A stretch of DNA of 64,000 nucleotides, from the NCBI GenBank assembly GCA_964487775.1, contig CAZASH010000002.1:134142-198141 (forward strand), in the 5' to 3' direction. Made by a program: the position numbers and the translations under genes. Positions 35,802-44,753 of this stretch are shown one piece after another. The notes under the pieces are model-generated. The model made no database searches. It saw only the letters and a list, made by a program, of their open reading frames with translations, and was not told the origin of the DNA. Numbering within the stretch: the stretch's first letter is position 1; every line of letters begins with the position of its first letter. This stretch comes from an uncultured Ruminococcus sp. Lineage in GTDB: Bacteria; Bacillota; Clostridia; Oscillospirales; CAG-382.

Positions 35802-37994
35802 ATGACAAAATATGACAGCTTTATAGGCAAGCTGCTTGACAACAAGTACCGCATACTTGACGTAGTCGGCTCAGGCGGCATGGCGGTCGTTCTCAAGGCA
35901 GAGGACATCAATATGAAGCGCCTCGTCGCCATCAAGATACTCAACGACGAGTATACAGGCAACGAGCAGGCAGAAAAGAGATTTGCCAACGAAGCAAAGG
36001 CGGTAGCCATGCTTTCGCACCGCAATATAGTCAGCATATACGATATCGCGATGTATCCCGATATGAAGTATATCGTCATGGAATACCTTGACGGCATAAC
36101 ATTGCGTGAATATCTCGACAACAAGGGCGCCTTGCCCTGGAAAGAGGCGTTCATCTATGCTTTGCAGATCTTGCGTGCGCTCGAGCACGCACACGGCAAG
36201 GGCGTTATCCACCGTGATATAAAGCCGCAGAATGTCATGCTGCTCAAGAGCGGCGAGATCAAGGTCACCGACTTTGGCATAGCAAAACTGCCGTCGAGCC
36301 ATTCGCTCACGCTCACGCAAAAGGCGATAGGCACTGTCTATTATATCAGCCCCGAGCAGGCGTGCGGCAAGAATACCACCTTCGCATCAGACCTCTATTC
36401 GCTCGGCATAATGCTTTATGAGGCTGTCACAGGCGCATTGCCGTTCACCGGCGACAATTCGGTGCAGATCGCAATGCAGCAGGTCAACAACGCACCGCAG
36501 GATCCCACAGAGCTTGTTCCGTCATTGCCTGTCGGCGCAAAGCAGATCATCCTCAAGGCGCTCGAAAAAGACCCCGCCAACAGGTTTTCGTCTGCTCACG
36601 GCATGGCGAAGGCGATAGAGTGGCTGCTTAGAAATCCCGACGTCGTTTTTGCCGACACCGGCTATTCCGATGCCGACAGCTATGAGAGAGTTCCCGCCGT
36701 CTCTGTTTCGATAGATATGATAAACACCACCGACATAGAGCCCTACGGACAGACAGAGATAGTCGAGAGCATCGTCGGTGAAAAGCCAAAGAATAAAAAG
36801 ACAAAGACAAAAAAAGAACGCCGCAGATCAAGCGGCGAGCAGTCGGACGAACACCGCAGACCTCGCAAGAGCAGGTCGATGTTCCCTATAATTTCGGGCT
36901 CGTTCTTTGCCATATTGCTTGTTGCCTTGGTCATCGGCGTGCTGGCGCTTATCACAGCGCTCAATACGATGGGACTTTTCGGCAATTCGGGCAAGACCGA
37001 GGAGGGTGTTTTCCCTGACCTGATAGGCGAGATCTATTCAGAGCAGCTTATAGCGCAGCTCGAGAACGGCTCGTTCGGCAAGAACATCAAGGTCGACAGC
37101 ATCAAGTATGTCGAGAACAACAATTTCGCCAGTGGTCAGATAACCGATACCGAGCCTGTCGCAGGCCACAAGAGCAAGCTTGACGAATCGGGCTATCTGC
37201 ATTTCACGTCGATATCCATCTGCAAGCGTGTCGACGATTCGCTCGTGCCCGATGTCAAATATTTAAAGAGCAACAACGCAAAGCTTTTGCTGAGAGCCGC
37301 ACCTTATAATTATGACGTCAAGGTCAGCTATGAGGACAACAAGGACTTTTTTGAGGACCAGGTCATACGCACATCGCCTGCTATCGGCGAGGTGCTCGAC
37401 ACAGGCGGAACTATCACCATATACGTTTGCAGGCACAATACAGAGTATCAGCTCACCGATGCGATGCCCAATCTGATGGAACTGACAGAATCAGAGGCGG
37501 TCGCAAGGGCAGGCTATGCGCTTTATACACCGCAGGTCATCTATCGCCAGACAGGCTTCTTTGAGGCCGGCACTGTTATAGACCAGAGCATTCCCGCAGG
37601 TACTGTCAGCGAGGCAGGCGCACAGGTTACCATAACCGTCGCCACAGTGCCGACCGATACACCTATGGAGTCGCTCATAGGCAGGACGTATGCCGATGCA
37701 GAGGCGTACATCTTGAGCCTCGGAATGTCGATAGACAAGGTTTCGTGCTATTATGTGGCGAAGGATGACATTCTCACCACGGGATTTGCATATGATTATG
37801 AAGCGGCAGTGCTTTATGCGCAGATGAACGGCTATATCTCGACCTACGCAGAGGACGGCAGCATCCCGCAGAACGCCGTGATCATATTGCAGAGCGTTCC
37901 CACAGAGCAGCTCGTCACCGAGGGCGATACCATATCGCTGATATTCGCAGTCGATCCGACGGCTGATGCACCGGTGGTGACGCCAATTGAATAA
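35802..37994 (+). CDS. prkC: Ser/Thr protein kinase with TM and an extracellular PASTA-type region
   Basis: Hanks kinase motifs (GSGGMAVV, HRDIKPQN, DFGIA, SPEQ), a basic juxtamembrane stretch, one TM, and a ~340-aa extracellular part. Confidence 0.9.
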   Translation: MTKYDSFIGKLLDNKYRILDVVGSGGMAVVLKAEDINMKRLVAIKILNDEYTGNEQAEKRFANEAKAVAMLSHRNIVSIYDIAMYPDMKYIVMEYLDGITLREYLDNKGALPWKEAFIYALQILRALEHAHGKGVIHRDIKPQNVMLLKSGEIKVTDFGIAKLPSSHSLTLTQKAIGTVYYISPEQACGKNTTFASDLYSLGIMLYEAVTGALPFTGDNSVQIAMQQVNNAPQDPTELVPSLPVGAKQIILKALEKDPANRFSSAHGMAKAIEWLLRNPDVVFADTGYSDADSYERVPAVSVSIDMINTTDIEPYGQTEIVESIVGEKPKNKKTKTKKERRRSSGEQSDEHRRPRKSRSMFPIISGSFFAILLVALVIGVLALITALNTMGLFGNSGKTEEGVFPDLIGEIYSEQLIAQLENGSFGKNIKVDSIKYVENNNFASGQITDTEPVAGHKSKLDESGYLHFTSISICKRVDDSLVPDVKYLKSNNAKLLLRAAPYNYDVKVSYEDNKDFFEDQVIRTSPAIGEVLDTGGTITIYVCRHNTEYQLTDAMPNLMELTESEAVARAGYALYTPQVIYRQTGFFEAGTVIDQSIPAGTVSEAGAQVTITVATVPTDTPMESLIGRTYADAEAYILSLGMSIDKVSCYYVAKDDILTTGFAYDYEAAVLYAQMNGYISTYAEDGSIPQNAVIILQSVPTEQLVTEGDTISLIFAVDPTADAPVVTPIE

Positions 37995-38868
37995 ACAGGG
38001 CAAATTATATAAGGGGCAGAACGGACTTTATACCGTTGCAGTCGGTGATGATATATTCATGTGCCATGCAGCAAGCCGCATACGCAAAGAGGACGGCATA
38101 AAATTGCTTGCAGGCGACGATGTTATCATCACAGACAACGGCGACGGCACAGGCTTTATCGAGTCTGTTTTGCCTCGCAAAAACAGCTTTATCAGACCCG
38201 CGGTGGCAAACGTCGACCTCGTTGTCGTCGTCGCCGCAGGCAACAGCCCAAAGCCGTCGGTCTTGAATATCGACAAGATGTGCTGCGTTGCAGAAGCAAA
38301 AGGCGCAGATGTCATGCTCGTGTTTACAAAGAGCGACCTCGGCGGCACCGACGAGCTTTTGGAGATATATAAAAAAACACCCTACAAATGCTTTGCCGTC
38401 GGCAAGAACGATTATGACGCATTGCCAAAGATAAAATCAATGCTCGTCGGCAGGCATTCTGTGCTTGCAGGCGCTTCTGGCGTCGGCAAATCGACATTGC
38501 TCAATGCGCTGTTTGCCGATGCAAACGCCGAGACGGGCGAGCTGAGCCGCAAGATAATGCGCGGCAAAAACACGACTCGAGTTACCGAGCTGTTTGCTTT
38601 CGGCGGTTGTATGCTTACCGACAGCCCCGGCTTTGGACTTTTGGACTATGAAAGATGCCTCGATGCCGACAAGCACGAGCTGATCAATCTGTTTCCCGAG
38701 ATGCTCGACTATGCGCACGATTGCAGATTTACCAAATGTACACATACCAAGGAGCTCGGCTGCGCAGTCATCGAGGCTGTGAACGACGGAATAATTTCGC
38801 CCGAGCGACATCAGAGCTATTGCAGCCTTTATGAGGTGGCAAAGACTCTTAAGCATTATAATACATAA
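37987..38868 (+). CDS. rsgA: Ribosome small-subunit-dependent GTPase A
   Basis: Circularly permuted GTPase (TKSDL..GASGVGKSTLLN) with a C-terminal Zn knuckle CRFTKCTHTKELGC. TTG start overlaps the prkC stop. Confidence 0.85.
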   Translation: MNKQGKLYKGQNGLYTVAVGDDIFMCHAASRIRKEDGIKLLAGDDVIITDNGDGTGFIESVLPRKNSFIRPAVANVDLVVVVAAGNSPKPSVLNIDKMCCVAEAKGADVMLVFTKSDLGGTDELLEIYKKTPYKCFAVGKNDYDALPKIKSMLVGRHSVLAGASGVGKSTLLNALFADANAETGELSRKIMRGKNTTRVTELFAFGGCMLTDSPGFGLLDYERCLDADKHELINLFPEMLDYAHDCRFTKCTHTKELGCAVIEAVNDGIISPERHQSYCSLYEVAKTLKHYNT

Positions 38869-38877
38869 GGAGCAGTT

Positions 38878-39516
38878 ATGTTTTTAGGCTTTTATAACCT
38901 TGCCAATTTCATGACCCTTTTGGGACTCGCAAGCTCTATTACCGCCATTTTTGCGGCAATAGCACTTGATTTTAAATGGGCAGTACTGCTTTTTGCCTTT
39001 GCGGGAGTGTGCGACTGCCTCGACGGCAAGCTTGCACGCAATCGCATAGATAACAGCGACACACGCAAGGCAGTGTTCGGCATAATGCTTGACTCGCTTT
39101 GCGACCTCGTCAGCTTTGGCATAACGCCGTGTGTTATCGCATATGCCTTTGGCAATAAGACCGTTGTCGATCTGGTGATATACCTTCTCTTTATCAGCTG
39201 CGGCTGTATAAGGCTGGCTTATTATAACACCCGCGCGCTCTGCTATGACGGCAAGGCAAAGGGCTTTGTCGGCACTCCGATAACCACGTCGGTCATATTC
39301 TTCCCGATAATAATGGTGTTTTCGATGGTCGTCGACCCGACGGTGCTCGGCTTTGTGCTGCGTGCGTTCTTTATAATCCTCGGCATAGCGTTCGTGCTCA
39401 AGATAAAGGTCAGGCGCCTCTCGGCAAAAGCGCTTATTGTATGTGCGCTCGTCTGTACCATTGCGATAGCACTTATGTTTGCGTTCCCCGACGTGCCGAT
39501 CAGATATTTGCAGTAA
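38878..39516 (+). CDS. pssA: CDP-alcohol phosphatidyltransferase (phosphatidylserine synthase-like)
   Basis: Motif D-C-L-DG-KLAR...G..LDSLCDLVSFG. Polytopic, 212 aa. Confidence 0.75.
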   Translation: MFLGFYNLANFMTLLGLASSITAIFAAIALDFKWAVLLFAFAGVCDCLDGKLARNRIDNSDTRKAVFGIMLDSLCDLVSFGITPCVIAYAFGNKTVVDLVIYLLFISCGCIRLAYYNTRALCYDGKAKGFVGTPITTSVIFFPIIMVFSMVVDPTVLGFVLRAFFIILGIAFVLKIKVRRLSAKALIVCALVCTIAIALMFAFPDVPIRYLQ

Positions 39517-39533
39517 ACACAATAAATATATCA

Positions 39534-39576
39534 AAAGCCAAGCGACCCGCAGAAGCGGGCCGCTCGGCTTTTTTGC
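39534..39576 (+). terminator. Terminator after pssA
   Basis: 14-bp imperfect GC-rich stem gccaagcgacccgc/gcgggccgctcggc + T6. Confidence 0.6.
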
Positions 39577-39610
39577 AAGGAAATTTCTATGAAGAGATTT
39601 TTATTTTGAA

Positions 39611-41065
39611 TTATTTTGTGCCGCAATATCTTTCGTATGCTTTGATATATTCATAATAGTAGTTTGTTGCATCGCTGTCGAGTTCTTCATATGTGTCTGC
39701 GTCAAATGCCATTCTATAGAACTCAAGCACCGGCTCGAGGTAGCCTCTTTTTGCAAAATCATCCAAGAGCTCGGGATGCGTTCTAAACCAGGAAACAGGA
39801 TAAACCACGCCGTCAACATTGAATGACGAGATGGGCGCAATCTCTGATCTTATCTTGTCGGTATCGCCTTCGTAAATAATCTTTGCATAGTGCTTGTTGA
39901 TGTCAATGTGATTATAGTTTTGTCTGGGGTCGCAAAAATAATTAATTACTTGTTCAAAGTTTGGCATACTGCCATACATTGCCGTTTCTTCTTCATAGAT
40001 CAAATCAAATACGCTAAAATAATACTCAACCGCTTCAAGTATTTGCTCCAGTGTAATGCCTTCGCCTTTTAAATACTCAAAGATATAATACTCTGCCGGC
40101 AACTGCATTTTTTGAAGTCTCTCTTCGGCGTTTGATTCGTCGCCGTTATAGTACGCGATTTTGTCATAATCATCTCTGATCTTTTTGACCTCTGCTTTTT
40201 GCTCGTCGGTGAGCAGACCGGGCAGATTATAGTCAATCGCCAATTTGTTGTATACTGTATCATAGGGATTGTCTCTTGTATACAAGCTGTTGTTTACATA
40301 GCGACCGTGAAATTCGTCGATTGAGGCGCCGCCAAATTTGATCTCTGAGTAAGGGAGCGACCAAAACTCAACAACGCGCCCATCGGGAAAATTGATTTGC
40401 TCTTTATCATACTTTATTTCTGTCAATTCAACAGCGCCTTTGACATAGTCGGTTATCTTGACACCCCAAACCGTGTTATCAAATTTCCAAACAAATAGAT
40501 CATATTTATCGGAAACAAAATAGGCAGATGGCGTACTGGTGGGATACTGATGTCGAAAGCGATACTTATATTCAAAATGCTTGAAAGGAAAATCAAGTAT
40601 GGCGTATCCATCTGCTGTTACTAAGTAATAAAAGCTCTTAACAGAGGGATATAAGTAGTCTGCATCTCTTTCGGGATATTCTTCTTTTTGCAAATCGAAA
40701 TAACTACTTTTAGGACCATAAGAGGATATGCATATATAATGCCAGGGAATTTTCTCGTCGCGTAATATGCGATGCTCATTATATCTTTCAAATTTATATC
40801 GGCTGTCTTGACTTGATGTATCGTCGTTCGAAGAATCATCAGATGGGTCATCCGAATGATCATCCGACGGTTCTTGTGACAATTCATCCGAGGCGTCCTT
40901 TGAAGGCTCATCGGATATGTCGTCCGGCGATTCATTCGAAGGAGTCTCGCTGACCCCCGATACATCTGCCACATCGCTCGGCGTGTCTTGGGGTGTGGTG
41001 TCAGCGCATGAGCATACACAAAGTAATAGCGATATGCAAAGTAAAAATACAAATGCTTTTTTCAT
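39611..41065 (-). CDS. Lipoprotein of unknown function with an acidic Ser/Asp/Pro-rich linker
   Basis: Signal peptide + lipobox (LLLCVCSC). About 80 aa of low complexity (SDEPSKDASDELSQEPSDDHSDDPSDDSSNDD). The gene is visibly AT-rich. Confidence 0.6.
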   Translation of the reverse strand: MKKAFVFLLCISLLLCVCSCADTTPQDTPSDVADVSGVSETPSNESPDDISDEPSKDASDELSQEPSDDHSDDPSDDSSNDDTSSQDSRYKFERYNEHRILRDEKIPWHYICISSYGPKSSYFDLQKEEYPERDADYLYPSVKSFYYLVTADGYAILDFPFKHFEYKYRFRHQYPTSTPSAYFVSDKYDLFVWKFDNTVWGVKITDYVKGAVELTEIKYDKEQINFPDGRVVEFWSLPYSEIKFGGASIDEFHGRYVNNSLYTRDNPYDTVYNKLAIDYNLPGLLTDEQKAEVKKIRDDYDKIAYYNGDESNAEERLQKMQLPAEYYIFEYLKGEGITLEQILEAVEYYFSVFDLIYEEETAMYGSMPNFEQVINYFCDPRQNYNHIDINKHYAKIIYEGDTDKIRSEIAPISSFNVDGVVYPVSWFRTHPELLDDFAKRGYLEPVLEFYRMAFDADTYEELDSDATNYYYEYIKAYERYCGTK

Positions 41066-41177
41066 GATAGAGGGTCCTTTCTAAAAAATTTAATATCACA
41101 GGCGCAAAACTAAACATATTCTACGCCTCACTTACGTTATATAGAAACAACAACATGTTGTCAATGCACAAAGCAGA

Positions 41178-41210
41178 CAAAAAGCAGACCGCATTTTTGT
41201 GCAGTCTGCT
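41178..41210 (-). terminator. Terminator after the ASKHA/DUF4445 gene
   Basis: 10-bp stem agcagactgc/gcggtctgct + T5 on the minus strand. Confidence 0.7.
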
Positions 41211-41222
41211 GAATAGTTGGTG

Positions 41223-42659
41223 TCAAAAGAACAACGCGTCTGTAAATGTATCGGTGAAGGTGCTTGACGTGGTGAGGTCGAGGTATTCTGCCGTATTGGC
41301 GAGCTCTCTGCACTTTTTGCGGGCAGTATCGCCGCAAAGCATCATTGCCGCGCCTCTTGCCGCTGCATTGCCGACAGAAACGGCATATTTTGCAAGGCAG
41401 GACGGTATCATTTTTATATTGCACGCAGAATCGATGTCTATGTTGCTGCCAAAGCCGCCTGCAAGATAAAGGGCTTTTATACTTGACAGATCGATGCCGA
41501 GATGGTCGACGAGCATATCAATGCCTGTCTTGACTGCCGCCTTTGCAAGCTGCAATGCTCGAACGTCCTTTGGCGTGACCTCTACATCCTGCAAAAAGAC
41601 GCTCTCTGCCATATATCCCTCGCTCGTGACAACGCCCATCGAAGCAAGGCACGAAACGAGATCGATAAGTCCGCTGCCGCATATGCCCTTTGGCTTTGTA
41701 TTTCCGATGACGGTGTATTGCAAGATGCCGTCGTCATCCAAAAAGACCTTGCTTATCGCTCCGTCCGAAGCGGGCATACCGCACTTGATGCCGTAGCCCT
41801 CAAAGCAGGGGCCTGCGGCGGCAGAGCATACCGCAAGTCTTTTGCCGTCGAAAAGTGCCATCTCGCAGTTTGTTCCGATGTCGCACAGCAGCGCAGGCGC
41901 GCCGCCTGTTATGTCGCAGGCGAGCATCGCAGCGGTCAGATCGCTGCCTGCAAAGCCGTGTATGCATTCGGGATAATAATCGGTGCCTATCGCCTTGCCG
42001 AATTTTTCGGGAGTGTCATAAGGAGCGCACCCGAGCGGCGAAGGGTCTTTTGCGGCGCTTATCAGCATCATTGCGGTGTTGCCGACTATCACTCGCAAAT
42101 GGGCATTCGGAGTGGCGCCGTCTATGAGCTCGCGTATCATTTCGTGCAGCTCCTGCGTCCTGCCCGACATGCAATATTCGATGCGTGAAACGACGTCGTC
42201 GCCGACAGCACGCTGCGGATTTTCTGCCGCAAAGCTCGAGATCTGCTTGCCTGTCCCAAGGTCAAAACCTGCGATATAGACAGTCGTCGTGCCTATATCG
42301 ACGGCATAGCCTGTGCCGTCTGCTTCTGATGCGGATAGCTCTATCTCGCCTGCGGTCTCGGTCACGATGGCGGATTTGTCGGATCTTACCGGCAATATTA
42401 TTTCGCAGTCGCCCTCTGCTCTTGCCCTGCAGGCAAGCCGAAATCCTGTTTTGCCTGCCAAAATGCTTTTTTCGTCGTCGGTCATTTCAGATAGACAGCC
42501 GACGCATTCAACGGCGCATTTGCCGCACCTGCCGCATTTGCCGCAGCCGTAATGCAGACTGATTCCGACGGCATCCAATGCGTCGCACAGCAATATTCCT
42601 TTGTCAAAGCGGTGCTTTTTGCCGCCGATGGTGATGTTTATCTGCATAATATCAAGCAA
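41223..42659 (-). CDS. ASKHA-fold (DUF4445) protein with a Cys-rich ferredoxin-like N-terminus, RACo/corrinoid-activation-like
   Basis: N-terminal CGKCGRCGKC..C..C cluster, followed by sugar-kinase/Hsp70/actin-like phosphate motifs (YAVDIGTTTV, LLCDIGTNCE). The true start may be the ATG at 42647 (MQINITIGGK). Confidence 0.75.
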   Translation of the reverse strand: MLDIMQINITIGGKKHRFDKGILLCDALDAVGISLHYGCGKCGRCGKCAVECVGCLSEMTDDEKSILAGKTGFRLACRARAEGDCEIILPVRSDKSAIVTETAGEIELSASEADGTGYAVDIGTTTVYIAGFDLGTGKQISSFAAENPQRAVGDDVVSRIEYCMSGRTQELHEMIRELIDGATPNAHLRVIVGNTAMMLISAAKDPSPLGCAPYDTPEKFGKAIGTDYYPECIHGFAGSDLTAAMLACDITGGAPALLCDIGTNCEMALFDGKRLAVCSAAAGPCFEGYGIKCGMPASDGAISKVFLDDDGILQYTVIGNTKPKGICGSGLIDLVSCLASMGVVTSEGYMAESVFLQDVEVTPKDVRALQLAKAAVKTGIDMLVDHLGIDLSSIKALYLAGGFGSNIDIDSACNIKMIPSCLAKYAVSVGNAAARGAAMMLCGDTARKKCRELANTAEYLDLTTSSTFTDTFTDALFF

Positions 42660-42681
42660 AAGCCGCGCGATGCGCGGCTTT
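42652..42681 (-). terminator. Hairpin aaagccgcgc/gcgcggcttt after the lipoprotein gene
   Basis: 10-bp stem, 3-nt loop, then TTTTGCTT on the minus strand. It overlaps the TTG start proposed by the ORF track for the next gene. Confidence 0.45.
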
Positions 42682-42701
42682 ATCCTTTAAAAATATAATA
42701 T

Positions 42702-43370
42702 TTAGCCCAGAGTGACCGAACCGTCGGCAGCGATGATGATCTTGCCGATAGCCTCCATGACGCCGATCTCGACGCCGTTATAGTTGCCGTTGAACGGCCA
42801 GGTTGCGCCGACATCAAAGGTCAGCGTGCCGTCGGAATTGCGGGTGAGCGTGCGGCTCTGAGTGACAAAGTTGAACGCGATCTTGCCGTCGTAGTTCTCG
42901 AGCGCAGGGGTCGAGTATGCAAACTTCTTGTCGCCAATAACGACCGTGCCGGAATTGTTGCGTGCGGATGCGGAGATGCTATAGCATACGAGCTTAACAT
43001 CGACAGTGACAGAAACGTCAAGCTCGCTCGACGAGATGACAGTGACGTCGGCGACGAGGTCGCAATAGCAGCCGTAGTCTGTCGAGAAGGTGTGCGAATA
43101 GTCGACCTTGCCAATATCAGACGGAACGGGCTCGGCAGACGAGGTGTCGCTCTCTTCAGAAACATCCGGCTCAGAGGGTACAGTGCTCGACTCCTCAGAG
43201 CTCTCTTCGCTCTCATCGGGAACGGGAGGCGTAGAAGGGGAGTAGGGCGCACCCGAAACCTCAGACGAGGTGTCGGCGGGGGCGGATGACGTGTCGCCGT
43301 CCTGCGGTGTGCACGCGGCGAACGCTGCTATCAGCGCTGCCAGCAACAGCAATGCAATAATTTTTTTCAT
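42702..43370 (-). CDS. Lipoprotein of unknown function with an acidic Ser/Glu/Pro-rich linker
   Basis: Start at MKKIIALLLLAALIAAFAAC (lipobox). The linker is followed by a beta-rich ~130-aa domain. Confidence 0.6.
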   Translation of the reverse strand: MKKIIALLLLAALIAAFAACTPQDGDTSSAPADTSSEVSGAPYSPSTPPVPDESEESSEESSTVPSEPDVSEESDTSSAEPVPSDIGKVDYSHTFSTDYGCYCDLVADVTVISSSELDVSVTVDVKLVCYSISASARNNSGTVVIGDKKFAYSTPALENYDGKIAFNFVTQSRTLTRNSDGTLTFDVGATWPFNGNYNGVEIGVMEAIGKIIIAADGSVTLG

Positions 43371-43541
43371 AAAAGTCACCTTGATCATATTAGAATATTT
43401 GTACTGCAAAGGCATTATCTGCCATTGCATACTAAATCATACCATATTTCAAACGATAAATCAACACTATTAGTATAAAAAATTCAGACACATATTGACA
43501 CTCATACCGCAAAAACGGCATTTTGTCGCTAAAAAGCGACA

Positions 43542-44741
43542 TCAAAGCCTTATCAATGCATCGGCAAGCTCTGCACGAGGCAGACCGATGATGTTTGTGA
43601 GGCTGCCCTCAAAGCGGGATATGAGCTTTTTGCCTATGCCCTGCAGGGCGTATGCGCCCGCTTTGTCAAGTGGCTCTTTTGTGGCGATATAGTCGAGAAT
43701 CTCTTGGTCGTCGTATTCACGCATATAAACGACCGAGTCGCAGCAGAACGTCCTTTGCACGCCGTTTTTGATAAGGCAGACTGCCGTGCTGACTGTGTTT
43801 GGCTTGCCCGACAATGACTTTAACATCCTGAATGCGTCTTTTTCGTCTCTCGGCTTGCCCAGCGGCTCGCCGTCAAAGCCGAACACCATCGTGTCTGCGG
43901 CGATCGTGAGAGAATCGAAGTGCTCTTTTGCGATGACCTCGCCCTTTGAAGCGGCTATGTCCTGCATCGCCTGCGCCCTCGGAACAGATGGGTCAAAGGC
44001 TTTTTCGGCAGGTGATGGATGAATGTCATAGGTGATATGCATCGAATCGAGTATGTCACGCCGCCTTGGAGATGCCGAAGCCAATATTACATGCGGCTTT
44101 TGCAAAAGCACCTCGCATTCGCGGCAGAGCAGGTGCGTCTCGCTGTCAAAGCCTGCTTTTTGGCGGTTTGTGAGATCTGTCAAAAGGCTTTTTGTGTATG
44201 CATCAAACGCCTCGTTTTTGGGACGCTTGATGCCGAATCTGCAGTCCGACAGGTCGTATGCACGGCAGTATCCGCTGTAGCGTGCCTTTATCACACAATA
44301 GGCTCTGCCGTCGTCGAGAACAAAGGTCTCATCCTGCGTGTCAAAGCCGCTGTCCCAGAGCCATGCTCTGACCGTGTGTGCGAACGTTTGCGGCTGCAAT
44401 ATCAATGTAGTGCCGCAAAGCTTCGCTCTCGAGAGTATGCCGGTCATCGTTTCACCGCCCATGCCGCATATTGCGGCGGTGTCGATCGACGAGGTGTCGA
44501 GCTTGTCAAAGCCGTCGGATAGCACAAACGACAGACTGTCGCCAAAGCCGATGCCGTTTTGTATCGCTCTGTCAAGCGGCCCTTTGCGTATGTCGGCGGC
44601 GATGGCCTTTTTTGCCCTGCCTGTTTCGAGCGCGGCAATGGCAAGATATGCGTGGTCGCTGCCTATGTCGGCGAAATTGTCGCTGCTTTGTATGTATTCG
44701 AGCGCGGCATAAAGCCGCTTCGAAAGCTTTTGATGTATCAT
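43542..44741 (-). CDS. Fusion protein: tRNA (adenine22-N1)-methyltransferase TrmK domain + Maf nucleoside-triphosphate pyrophosphatase domain
   Basis: N-terminal ~215 aa carry the TrmK motifs ADIGSDHAYL, AADIRKGPL, ICGMGGETM. The C-terminal ~185 aa carry the Maf motifs ILASASPRRRDIL, IAADTMV, GKP.D...A, KAGAYALQG. One uninterrupted 399-aa ORF. Confidence 0.85.
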   Translation of the reverse strand: MIHQKLSKRLYAALEYIQSSDNFADIGSDHAYLAIAALETGRAKKAIAADIRKGPLDRAIQNGIGFGDSLSFVLSDGFDKLDTSSIDTAAICGMGGETMTGILSRAKLCGTTLILQPQTFAHTVRAWLWDSGFDTQDETFVLDDGRAYCVIKARYSGYCRAYDLSDCRFGIKRPKNEAFDAYTKSLLTDLTNRQKAGFDSETHLLCRECEVLLQKPHVILASASPRRRDILDSMHITYDIHPSPAEKAFDPSVPRAQAMQDIAASKGEVIAKEHFDSLTIAADTMVFGFDGEPLGKPRDEKDAFRMLKSLSGKPNTVSTAVCLIKNGVQRTFCCDSVVYMREYDDQEILDYIATKEPLDKAGAYALQGIGKKLISRFEGSLTNIIGLPRAELADALIRL

Positions 44742-44753
44742 TTTGTTTTGTTG

